This document shows, one piece after another, positions 53,690-64,000 of a stretch of 64,000 nucleotides of DNA. Position 1 is the stretch's first letter. Every line of letters starts with the position of its first letter. The position numbers were made by a program, and so were the translations under genes. This stretch comes from Negaprion brevirostris. Its lineage: Eukaryota. The DNA is taken from positions 47,359,189-47,423,188 of the forward strand of contig JARDVH010000121.1 of assembly GCA_030324005.1 (NCBI GenBank). The letters run 5' to 3'. The notes beneath the pieces are model-generated. The model was not told the DNA's origin. It did not search any database and saw only the letters and a program-made list of their open reading frames with translations.

Positions 53690-54915
53690 TAAGATGAGGA
53701 GTCTGGCTTGTGGGGTTGTTAAATATATTGGTTTCAATATTAAGCAGCACAGGTCTGGAATAACTTTAGATCAACAGTCTATTCCTTCTTAGAAAGCAGT
53801 ACTTCCATCCTGGTTAGTCATACGAGATCCTCACAGAAAGGTGATGTTTTGGAAAACTTCCAATAAAAATATTCTTTAAGAAAAGAAAATGAAAGGTAAT
53901 GTCTTTTCTAACGAGAGGGAGCAATTACAAATCTTGATTGGTCAGTTGAAATGATTGAGAACTCAGACTAAATCAGATGCTCGTTTTGATGTGTTGGAAT
54001 TGAGCACGATGACAAAACAACCTAAATTCAACGATGTTTTACAAGCAAATACAACATTACAAAATAAATCTGGAGAAAAGCACATTCAGGTTTTCACCTT
54101 AAGTCTCCAAAATAAAATTAATCTGTTATTTTCAGCAATGCCTCAGATGTTAATCTTCTTGATGAGTATTCGGGTGCGGCTGGTTTCATAATATTTTTGA
54201 CAGGTGAAAATGGAAAATGTTATCCTTTAGCTTCAGAGAAGCTAAGAAAAAATAAGTTGTTCGAAGTATTTTGGCTGCTGAAACACTGGCTGTTGTGAAG
54301 GCATTGGATATGGGATTCTAAATATCAAGTACTTTATGTGAGATTGTGTGCAATAAGCCTACTGAAGATAATATATCAATTTAATGTAGTTAATCATTCA
54401 TTGTGGGATAATATACACTCCACAAAATGTTACTGAGAAAAGGCTACCCATTGACCACGCTGGCTTGAAATAACTGCTGTGAAGAAAAAAAATTCTGAAA
54501 GTGAAATGCATGGATGCAAGTCAGCAACATTCTGACTGTTTCACAAAATGAAATTCATGTTCAAAAAAATGGTTTGAGATCTTAATGGAAAGGAACCTCT
54601 CAATGTTGTGCTTTTCTAGAGGATATGGATCTTTTTGATTCTGAAGGGTGGCATGGACAAGTTGGGCTGAAGGGCCTGTTTCTTTGCGGTGAACCTCTAT
54701 GACTTTATTTTTTATTTAAGGATCAGTTAATTGTATATTAATTGTATGCAAGTGGTTGGTATTAACTGATAATTCACTTGAATCACCATAAATAAATGCA
54801 AACAAACTGGCTGTTGGGTGAGGAGGTGTATGCTTGTGATGTGTAAATAAGCATAATATAAAAGATTGGCTGCAGTTCTATCCTTCATCAATTGGCTTTC
54901 TGGAGTTTTACACAC
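53690..54915 (+). mobile_element. Third Ty1/Copia (GalEa-like) relic: RT end, RNaseH and probable 3' LTR
   Basis: EQLQILIGQLK*LRTQTKSDARFDVLELST; GKCYPLA...LAAETLAVVKALDMG...NHSLWDNIHSTK. The LTR-like block at about 54725-54915 ends tccttcatcaattggctttctgga...acaca. Confidence 0.8.
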
Positions 54916-56700
54916 AAAGTAGTACCTTAGGTTCAACCATCTTCAGTTGTTTCATCAATGATTTTCCCTCTACCATAAGGTAGAAATTGGGGATGTTTCT
55001 TGATGGCTATACTGTTCCATTCAATTTGCAACTTCTGAGATATCATAGAGGTCTGTGCTTGCATTCAACAAGATCTGGAACATTTGCTTTTGAAGGGTTA
55101 ACAGTTGGCCTCCACTAAATAGCAGTGCTTTTTGGCTGCACACCATTAAATGACATAGTCATTAGTGAGGGGACGCTGGGATACCTCCTCAGCCAAATAT
55201 CTTCCTCTTGTGGTTGCTTCTATTTCTTATTTCTTACAAGGCACAGCTGAATCGTGAGGTCAGCAAGTAGCATATTCATCTCATTCCTAATGGGCATCCT
55301 ATTTCTCCCAGGTCACAAGAGGTGTAAAATTGAGCAGACTTCCAAGACCTACTGAGATCTACCATTGCACACAATCACCCGACAATTGGTTTTGGATTTC
55401 TGGGCAGTCTCTCCCTTCTGTCCTCATTCTGCCTTAAGTGTGGGTTCCAATCAAACTGCAGCCATCCTCCCCCGAGTGTGAGACCCTTCAAACTGCATGA
55501 GGGGAGACACAGCCCATTCTCAAATCCCCCACTGTGCTCTGGTAGCCTGGCCTTTCATGGGACCCAACCTGGGTAACTCATAGTCTCCCCTAGTGCAGAG
55601 GTGAATGTACAGGTTCACACTTATGTGGAGCTGTTGTAAATGGCGGTGGTGTAACGTCATGCTGGCACCTGTTGAATATCCGGTGAGGGGTAGAGGGGGG
55701 TGGTGAAAGTCCCAGAGAGGGTGCTTGCTAATGACAAGCTAATGTCTTAAAATGAACTTTCTGCAATTCCGCAGTGTGTTTCATGCCATTCTGCCAGCTA
55801 GGGGCTGGTAAGATTGGAACTCAGAAACTTGCCAACACAAATTGTGCTTTCCAGATTTTGAGCACATTCCACTATTCCCACAGACAGGGAATGTGGATTC
55901 CAAATCACCCCCAATATTTGGAGTCTATTTCCAGCATTTTCTGTTTGATTGCAAAGAAAATGGAATTGGATACAAATTGAAAAGGTAAAATTTGCAGGTC
56001 TATGGGACAAAAGCAGGGGCATAAGACCAATTGGTGGATCTTCCAAAGTGTCATAGGCATGAAAGCCCGAATGGCCTCCTTTTGTACTGTATGATTCCAT
56101 GTAATTCAACTCTCTTTTTAAATTCATACATTCTGTGTTTTAATTAGTGTGGCTAATTTACCTTGGCAATTTTAATCATAAATGTGAATTTAGGTATTTT
56201 TACTTTGAGAGTTGACAGGAAGTATGTGCAGACTAATATGGATAAAAATGGAATATCTACTGTGGGTCTTGCAAAACCAAATTATACTGACATCTCGCTT
56301 ACAGCTGACTAAAACCATTTGTAGAAGATATTGAAACAAGGTGACAAAATCAATTCCTGCCCAGTTAGAGTTGTCAGGTAGAAATGTATTTATTTTTATA
56401 TACTTCCAGATGTTAAACATTTACTTTCTGTCAGAGGCCATTTCATATCAGGAGCTGAAAATGCAGCATTTTGATTTGACTTCATGCGTAATCTGTTTTG
56501 TCATCTGTGCCGGTCTTATGGTTTGTGTACAAACTAGACACCTGTCTCCAGGACAATAAAGTAATCACAGCTGTGTGCTCAAAGGTCAGTTTGACTTCAT
56601 ACACAGGGAGTGCATTCTGCCCATGGAACTTTATGCACCTAATTCTGATGCATGAAATTAAACTCTGCTTACGTAATGGGCAGTTGCAGCTCTCATTTTA

Positions 56701-56992
56701 ATCATAGAATCCCGACAGTGCAGAAGGAGTCTGCACCAACCACAGTTCCCTCAGACTCTATCCTTGTAACCCCATGTATTTACCCTGCTATTCCCTTGAC
56801 ACTAAGGGGCAATTTAGTATGGCCAATCCACCTAGCCTGCATAAATTGAAATGTGGGAGGAAACCAGAGCACCTGAGGAAACCCATGCAGACACGGGGAG
56901 AACGTGCAAACTCCACACAGTCGGTCAGCCAAAGCCGGAATTGAACCCAGCTCACTGGCACTCTGAGGTAGCAGTGCTAACCACTGTGCCAG
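56701..56992 (-). mobile_element. HE1-type V-SINE, near full length
   Basis: Head gcacagtggttagcactgctacctca on minus, V-domain, and tail atcatagaatccc. Confidence 0.88.
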
Positions 56993-57164
56993 CCTAATGA
57001 TGCAATTGTTTTATTTAATGATAAGAATATATACTTAAATAATTCTCTCCAAGGTTTAAGCTGACCAAGAGAATTTTTTTAGATGTTTGAATACATTTGG
57101 TCACCTTTATATTTGTGGGAGCCTATCGAATATTTTATTTAGGCAGCTATTAAAAGGTAATGTC

Positions 57165-57350
57165 ATCATAGTTCCAGATGAACATTGGCTGTGACTGGTG
57201 GTAAATTAACCTGAGGATCACCACACCTCAGATGAGGGGCAAGGTTTAGATGGCGGGCCTTTATGAATAACCTCAGACGGTATTGAATCCACACTGTTAG
57301 CATCACTCTGCATCACTAACCAGCTGTCCAGTCAACTGAGCTAAACCAAC
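57165..57350 (-). mobile_element. tRNA-headed SINE
   Basis: Minus strand starts ggtttagctcagttg...gtggattcaatacc (A and B boxes). Confidence 0.6.
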
Positions 57351-58124
57351 TCCTGTTATACTACAACTGTAGCATTAACACTAAGCCATTTGCTTGACAT
57401 CAACAGTGCACTCACAATATAAATACAATCTGAATCTGAAGTCAGGTCTGTAAATAATGTTATAATTTTTGGACCTACTCTAGACACTCTTTTAGATTCA
57501 GTGGCAATGATGATTTATTGAGCAGACTCTTCATTTCTACTTAATTAATTGCCATTGCCCAATGCATGTACATAGAAAAACTGAGCATCTAACAATGCAT
57601 CCATAATTTCACTAACTGAATATTGCAGGGATAATATTTAGCAGACACTAATATGACAATGGGAAGGGCCAGTGCAAAAATATTAGGCACTCTAAACGAA
57701 CCTTCAGCCTTGTGCACCAAACAAAACCCCAATAAGCGTGCAGAAATTAATAAGATATGACCAAAAATTATGCACTGTTATGGATTTAATTTACACAAAG
57801 CGAGACTATTATGACTGATCATACATCCTCATTGTTCTATATTTTTCACAGGATGTGTACTAGGAAAAAATACATATTATAATGTGTAATATGAGTCACA
57901 CGATATAAAATATGTTTCTGCAGCAGGTGTTAGATGATCTTATGTGCAATTTACATGATCAATAATCATTTCAATAGACAAGACTAGATTCTTTGATATC
58001 TTTTACTGGTACAAACTTTTGGAATACTAAGTAGAGGTGAACAAATTTATAAAACTTTTGCATTAAAGTAAGGAAGATAATATGAAATTTTGGAAGACTA
58101 CAATGTAATAACTTGGAAATCTGC

Positions 58125-58345
58125 CCCACAGCACCAGGGACTCAGATTGAATTCTGGCTTTAGGTCATTGTTTTTGTAGGTTCCCTCCGGCTGCTCCGAT
58201 TTCCTGGTACACTCCAAAGATGTGTGGGTTAGGTTGATTGGCCCTGTTAAATTGCCCCTTAGTGTCAGGAGGATTAGCAGAGTAAATACGTGGGGTTTCG
58301 GGATCAGAGCCTGGGTGGGATTGGCCTCCTTCTGTAGAGATTCTA
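58125..58345 (+). mobile_element. HE1-type V-SINE fragment
   Basis: cacagcaccagggactc...ctccaaagatgtgtgggttaggttgattggcc...aaattgcccccttag-like core. Confidence 0.8.
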
Positions 58346-60079
58346 TATATGCCATTCATTCCCGCTGCTGAAGTCTGTTTGTTTACCTATGTGATTGCAT
58401 GAATAGTTAATTTCCACCCCCTCCTCCCATTTTGCCTTGGCAACAGGAGCCAAGTTTATAAAGGATTTATGAAGTTGCTGCCTTCCCCGATGGCTTTGCA
58501 GAGAGGTTCAAATTATTTTCATAGTTGGACCTCATTTCTACTTTCACAGCAGGCTGTGAGCGCTGATCCAATACAGGGCAGATTGCAATCCGAATGTGAT
58601 GAGTTTAAAAGAGGCAGGAGGAAAGCAATGGTGTGGCGTTGTGGAGGTGGTTCATAGAGGTACGCGACCAGGTAGGGAGGTTTTTTCCTGGGGCCAAATG
58701 CTTCCAAAACTACATTTAGGGGTTCCTTTAAGGAACGCAGCAGGTTCGGCCTCTTTATGCCCAATATCAGTGGGTGGAATGTGCACACTTTACGCACCTC
58801 CATTTGCACCTCATAATCTTGTTGGGATTCGATGGACATCTTAGGTCCCTGATTTACATATTCCCCAAATACAACAGTCCTTATGATGTCGCAAGAATGA
58901 GGGGGAGTTCAGCCCCTACTAGCAGAGACGATGGAAATTGCCACTCATGTCTTTTGCACGGATCCATCCTCACGATCTTTCAGCAGGCGGAATTCATAAA
59001 AGAATTCTGGTCAGGCGACACGTAGTATGTAAAATTAAGAAGCTAATTTATTATATCAAATACAAGTGACTTAACAGGAGAGTGTAGCCAGAATTTTCTC
59101 TTTCAAACATTTTCCAAAGCACTTCATCGCAAGTGTGAAATGCACGACGTGGTTAGAATACTCATATTTAAACTGTCCTCTGGTCAGTCTCTCGTTGAAC
59201 CTTAAATGTGTAAATCAACCCAATCCCTGCCGCGCAGTCTCTGAATTCACTCAGTTCCTGACATATGTCCCTTTGTCTTCATGCTCACAGGAAGGGCTGT
59301 CCCTCCGACTTCTCTCTAGCCACGGTTGCTTGATAGGTCTGTCAATTATATTGGCTATTGCCTTCCTCCACAAAGACCCCAGGAGTTCATGAATTCTCAG
59401 AAGGTGACCCAGTGCAGTTGCATACATACTCCAATGCTTCGCAACTGTAGATGTGAATGTCTGATGGCAATCTGGGAGGAGCTAATGAATTCCATATTGT
59501 CCATGTATGTGGATAACATCTACAGTATTGCCTGGTTATTAACATATCAATCTTCGTTTGTTTGGGCAGCAGTAGTATTTGGTTCTGAGGAGATTCAAAC
59601 TGTGAATTAACTTTAATTTGAAACACTCATTTCCAAATTTGTTTTGTGAAAAAATGTCTCAAAATGCAACATCAAACACTAGTGAAGCAGGATGAGATTC
59701 CTTAGCGCAGTCTCACTCCACTCAGGACATGCTTCACCATTGATTTATGCTAGTATCAATGTAAAGCCCAAATTACCTTCCAACATTGTGTGCAAGCCAT
59801 ATAGTAGGAAAGGGTAACTGTTATCCAGTTATGTTGTATTCAAGTCAAACTAAAAGGTACCATCCACACTATGTGTAAACAATCCTTTTTAAAAATTATT
59901 TACTCCATCCTTAAAGTTACAAGGCCAGAGTGGACAAGGCAAACCCAAGTCCATTGCTTCCTTGGTCCAAAAACCAAATTCAAAATCCAAGTGAATCCAA
60001 TTCATGGTCCGCACAAGAGAGACAATCATGAAAAAAGCTGATGAGATAAGCCATTGCACCCCATCTTGGGCTTGATCTG

Positions 60080-60113
60080 ACACTTGATCTTAGCCAAAAG
60101 GCTGTGAAGTAAC
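60080..60113 (-). pseudogene. U2 snRNA 5' fragment (nt about 1-34) fused to unrelated sequence
   Basis: Minus strand GTTACTTCACAGCCTTTTGGCTAAGATCAAGTGT versus U2 ATCGCTTCTCGGCCTTTTGGCTAAGATCAAGTGT: 29/34 identical, 23 contiguous matches, and three of the five mismatches fall at CpG positions. Confidence 0.85.
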
Positions 60114-60745
60114 CATTAATTTATGTCAAAAGTATGGAAAAGAAAACTTGACCATGATTATTCGAGCTTAAGTTAATGTCCAGAGTAGGAATCACCTCAC
60201 ATATTTGACTTCATATAATTAGTGGATAATTGCCCCAAAATATATTAATGTATTTGAAAATGACATTAGTTTTTGACTCCAACTATAATTGAAATATTTC
60301 ATATTTGCACCAGTTTGTTTAGCTTCATTTATGATTATTTAATCTTTCTCTATTTGTTATTTCCATATTGTACTGAAAATACTAGCTATTTATTAAATTC
60401 TGCTGATAAATATGTCTTAAATTGAATAGTATGTTCTTTCTCTTAGAATATGCCAGACACATATAAGTGGTGAAATTCTCAGTAGAATATTGCAAAGGCT
60501 ATCTAGAAATAATTAAAGGTTAAATTGTAATATACCAGTTAATCCTTCATCGTGGTATATCTTTGTAATAACAGGATAACAGTGGGCACTCATTGAAAGT
60601 GGGGATCAGACTGAAATATTGAAGAACTAACAACTTGTATGAAGAACTTATTTCATGCACATGGGCTTGTGAACAATATTCACCTTGCATGATGAACATC
60701 TAACTTTTTTTGTTAAAGAGAAAATACATGGCACTTACACTGGTC

Positions 60746-60919
60746 ATGATGTGGATATGCTGGCATTGGACTGGGGTAAACACAGTAAAAAGTCTGACAA
60801 CACCAGGTTTAAGAGAACTCTCTATTCACCTGACGAAGGGACTAACCCTGAAAGCTAGTGATTGTACTACCAAATAAATCGGTTCGACTTAAACCTGGTG
60901 TTGTCAGACTTTTTACTGT
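60746..60919. mobile_element. 174-bp Penelope-like mini-insertion with inverted termini, flanked by a 13-bp direct repeat
   Basis: ACTTACACTGGTC at 60733-60745 and 60920-60932; a perfect 32-bp inverted repeat at 60782-60813 and 60888-60919. Confidence 0.85.
60826..60861 (+). ncRNA. Minimal type I hammerhead ribozyme motif (Penelope-type)
   Basis: TCAC (stem I), CTGACGA, AGGG-actaa-CCCT (stem II), GAAA, gc, TA, GTGA (stem I'). All core residues are present and stem III is reduced to the palindrome AGCT. Confidence 0.75.
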
Positions 60920-62760
60920 ACTTACACTGGTCTACATATTTAATATTGTTTACTGTATGAACAGGAGTGCATACCCTGGGAATCTATGGTCAGTTTCCAT
61001 CTTGGTGGTTTAGATAATTTGACAATTGCAAAATTACAGCAAACCAATAAAGATACAAAATCTAACAAATGTAGATTTCAACATATGAACATATTAAAAG
61101 GAGAATAAAATTATTTTTAAAAATTATAAAATACATTTGTTTAATAAAAGAAAATTAGAAATATTGGGGTAGAAGTTTCACTTCAGATGCAACCAACAAT
61201 CCAGACCCTTTCTGCCTCTAAAGATGGATGTTAAACATTACACAACATTACTTGCCAAAGCATTCTCCTTGTGTCCAAACCAACATTCCTTCCTCAGCTA
61301 ATTGGTAATACATCTCACTGATATTACATAGAAACTGGATGTAACATTTGCTCACATAACAACAGTATGAAGGATATACTATCATACATAAATACAATGA
61401 GTAAAGATCAAAATAATCAACAATCCTTTCAAAATAAATTTTCAGATATAAAAAGGAAGGGACTGACTTCCTTTGTGGGTGATGGCGGTGGGACGGGGGG
61501 TGGGGGGGAGGTGGGGAGGAGATGGTTTCCACTCCATTCAACTACCCTGAATTTCAGCGCACATGCACATTTGAAACAAACAGATACTGTCTGCAATATA
61601 TAAATGGGATCAAGAGGGAGATGATGGTGCAATGGGAATGTTATTGGACTGGTGATCCAGCAAGGAAGCCTTAAAACTGGAAAGACACCACGGGATGTCT
61701 CATTTGTGCCATTGAAGTTGCTGGAAATGATTGCTTTACTCGGATCTTTTTAAAGCAGGAGGCAATTGATCTCAAAGAATATATTTTCTTGAGAACTGAA
61801 TGCCAGATGAAACAAAGAGCCTATCCAAATGCAGCATATTAGCACAATGCAGCAATTCAAATGTGAGGACTAAATAAACAATCTTCAAATTTAATTTTTG
61901 CAAACTTTTTTACAATTTGTTGAAGTTTGTGATATGTGCTTGAATGAAACGACCATCTGTCTTTCAAAATCTATCAAAGTCTGACCATGCCCCCTAATAC
62001 ATATCTAATAGATCACAATTCTTATAAATTTCATCCATGAAGATTAGTAGAAGAGCCAAATCTGCAATATCCAACTGACAGGCATCTAGCTCGCAAAAAC
62101 AAAATTCCTTCTCATTTTACCTTTGTTAGGAAGTCACAATGTCAAAGCCAATCAGTACCCTGTTTTCTGTTCAGTAAGGGCGTAGCCTATGTTTGCATAC
62201 CCACTTTATTTTTCGAATGGACATAAGTTTTAGATTCAGAGAACATTTGTAGGTAGTCATATCCTGACAATTTAAACTTGCTCTCATTCTGTACAAATGT
62301 AACTCAGATTAAAATCCATCTCAAAAAAAAGTCTTCATTTCCAATCTTCACCTTTAGTCAACCCATTCTGAAGCCAAATGGTGAGGAAGGAAACTAAGCA
62401 TCGATCTTTACTTAACAGTAAAGATTTATTTATTTACAGACTTATTTACAGAATGCAGCATTATAAATGTCTGCCTCCTCCCCAACACCACCAAATGTCC
62501 CAGTAGTACCTATTTACTGCTTTGAGTAAGCCAATGGAGCAAAATAAACTAATTGACAGATTAACTAATTAAGCTGAGAGCCCTTAAAGGAGCACATATA
62601 CCCTATTTATAGTCTATTTTAATAAAAAAATCAGTAAATCAAATTAATGAGAGGGATGACAGACCCTGGTGGGACACTGCAGCAGAAATGAAGATTGCCT
62701 GCTCATCAATTGTGTGGTAGAATGAATGGTGACATGAGCAGCCTCTGCTGGCAAAAGGAC

Positions 62761-62878
62761 CCTACTGCACCTGATATTTTTCAGGTGGTCTCCCATCCAA
62801 GTACTAACCAGGCCTAAGTCTGCTTCGTGTTAGTGATCAGATAAGATCAGGCATTTTCTGACTAGGGTGGCTGTAGGC
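62761..62878 (-). pseudogene. 5S rRNA pseudogene or orphon, 118 bp, diverged
   Basis: Minus strand gcctacagccacc...gcctgatcttatctgatc...gaagcag...ggcctggttagtacttggatgggagaccacctg..aaatatcaggtgcagtagg, collinear with vertebrate 5S and followed by a TTTT terminator-like run. Confidence 0.9.
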
Positions 62879-63094
62879 AAGTCTCTCTTTATACGCTTTT
62901 TACTGTTACAAAAAAGCAGCAAAAATGAAAGGGCCCTTGGTGGGACACTGTAACTAAAACAAAAACCTGAAAGTCTCTCTTTATATGTACTCAAGATACT
63001 TAATCAGTCAATGCCTTCCACTTATATATCCCCAACCATAATAATACAATGAATACATAATTAGCACATTGTTAATCAACTTGCTATCAACTGC

Positions 63095-63460
63095 GGCTGA
63101 AACTCCAGTGCAGTACCAAGGGAATGTTACACTGTTGGAGTGCAATCTCTCAGGTGAGACTTTAAACTGAGACCCTAAATGCCCTCACAGATGGACGTTA
63201 TAGATCCCATGGCACAATTTTCAAAGAATGGCAGGGGAGTTATCCCTAGTATCCTGGCAGTTCCTCAATCAGCATCACAGAAATATGATCCAATCATTAT
63301 CATAATGCTACTTGAGATTTCTTACTGTGTATGAATTTGCTGTCACATTTCCTGTATGACAACAGTGACTACACTTCAAATGTATGTTCTTGGATGTAAA
63401 GAACTTTATGGGCTTTGGTTTCAAAAGGTGTAAATAAATAAGAAACATGTATATATGCAA
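63095..63460 (+). mobile_element. Deu-domain SINE (SacSINE1/AmnSINE-like)
   Basis: gatggacgttatagatcccatggcacaatttt...gcaggggagttatccctagtatcctggc...acaacagtgactacacttcaaa. Confidence 0.7.
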
Positions 63461-63679
63461 TGCAAGTATTTCATTTTTCAAATAAAATTCATACAACACA
63501 AATAGCAGGAAATTACTTTTGTGTCTGCTGAGGTCCAAACCACATTAGCAAATATCCAGATCACAATTAGCATGCTCACATTACCAGATACTTCAGTAAT
63601 GTACATAGATGTGCCCATTATCAATTTAAATCAATTAACCAATCCAGATAGCTTGAGAACAGCAGAATTTATTTAAACG

Positions 63680-64000
63680 TAAGAACTAAGAGAAGGAGGA
63701 AGAAATTCAGTCCCTTGAGCCTGCTCTGCCAATTAATATGATCATAGAATCTCTATAGTGCAGAAGGAGGCCATTTGGCCTATCAAATCTTCCCCGACCA
63801 CAATCCCACACAAGTCCTATTCCTGTAACCCCACATATTTACCTTGCTAACCCCCGCCCCCCCCCCCGACACCTTGGTCAATTTAGTATGGACAATCAAC
63901 CTAACCCGTACATCTTTGATCATGGCTAATCTAATCTAATCTCAGTCTCATCTCCATCTTCCTGCCTGCTCCCCATGATTCTTCATCTCACTACTAATTA
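63680..64000 (-). mobile_element. CR1 3' tail with nested HE1-type SINE fragment (about 63742-63918)
   Basis: taagaactaagagaaggagg...gcctgctctgcc...atgatcat, interrupted by catagaatctctatagtgcagaaggaggccatt...caatcaacctaacccgtacatcttt. Confidence 0.7.

Noticed and set aside
50680-54560. Apparent diverged direct duplication (about 50680-51010 versus 54210-54550) suggesting paired exons of an unknown gene
   Set aside because: Both translate to Copia RNaseH remnants with stops and frameshifts.
56930-56992. tRNA-like A/B box sequences (also near 19560, 37812, 57300)
   Set aside because: They are SINE heads continuous with SINE bodies and do not form a full cloverleaf.
59682-59738. Small imperfect hairpin (gtgaagca...tgcttcac) as a possible miRNA precursor
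   Set aside because: The stem is too short and asymmetric, and I recognise no mature miRNA sequence.
61480-61520. G-rich run able to form a G-quadruplex (similar runs near 10445 and 63850)
   Set aside because: Short low-complexity tracts, at least one inside repeat debris, with no supporting context.

Overview
Vertebrate genomic DNA, most likely a shark or other elasmobranch (HE1/V-SINEs, Deu-domain SINEs, CR1/L2 LINEs and Penelope-like elements), from a gapped draft assembly with many N runs, several exactly 100 N. The window lies inside one large minus-strand gene. Three internal coding exons (39915-40070, 26299-26410, 26086-26195) have canonical AG/GT ends, splice in frame and encode the N-terminal conserved region of a NOL4/NOL4L-family protein, with residues closer to NOL4L. 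I could not find the first or later exons in the window. The rest is intron filled with decayed and often nested transposable elements: CR1, L2 and RTE LINEs, Gypsy relics and solo LTRs, three Ty1/Copia relics resembling the GalEa clade, Penelope-like ends with hammerhead-ribozyme motifs, and tRNA-derived SINEs. There is also a 5S rRNA orphon and a U2 snRNA-headed sequence. Almost all ORFs in the supplied track are TE debris, chance frames or N-gap artefacts. No intact novel multi-gene system is evident. The best leads are: an integrase-like HHCC zinc motif split across the NOL4L exons, a 174-bp direct-repeat-flanked insertion with an intact minimal hammerhead core, a 185-bp templated inverted duplication just upstream of an exon, a possible U2-derived SINE, and the Copia cluster. 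Repeat boundaries were read by eye and are approximate; exon coordinates were checked base by base.
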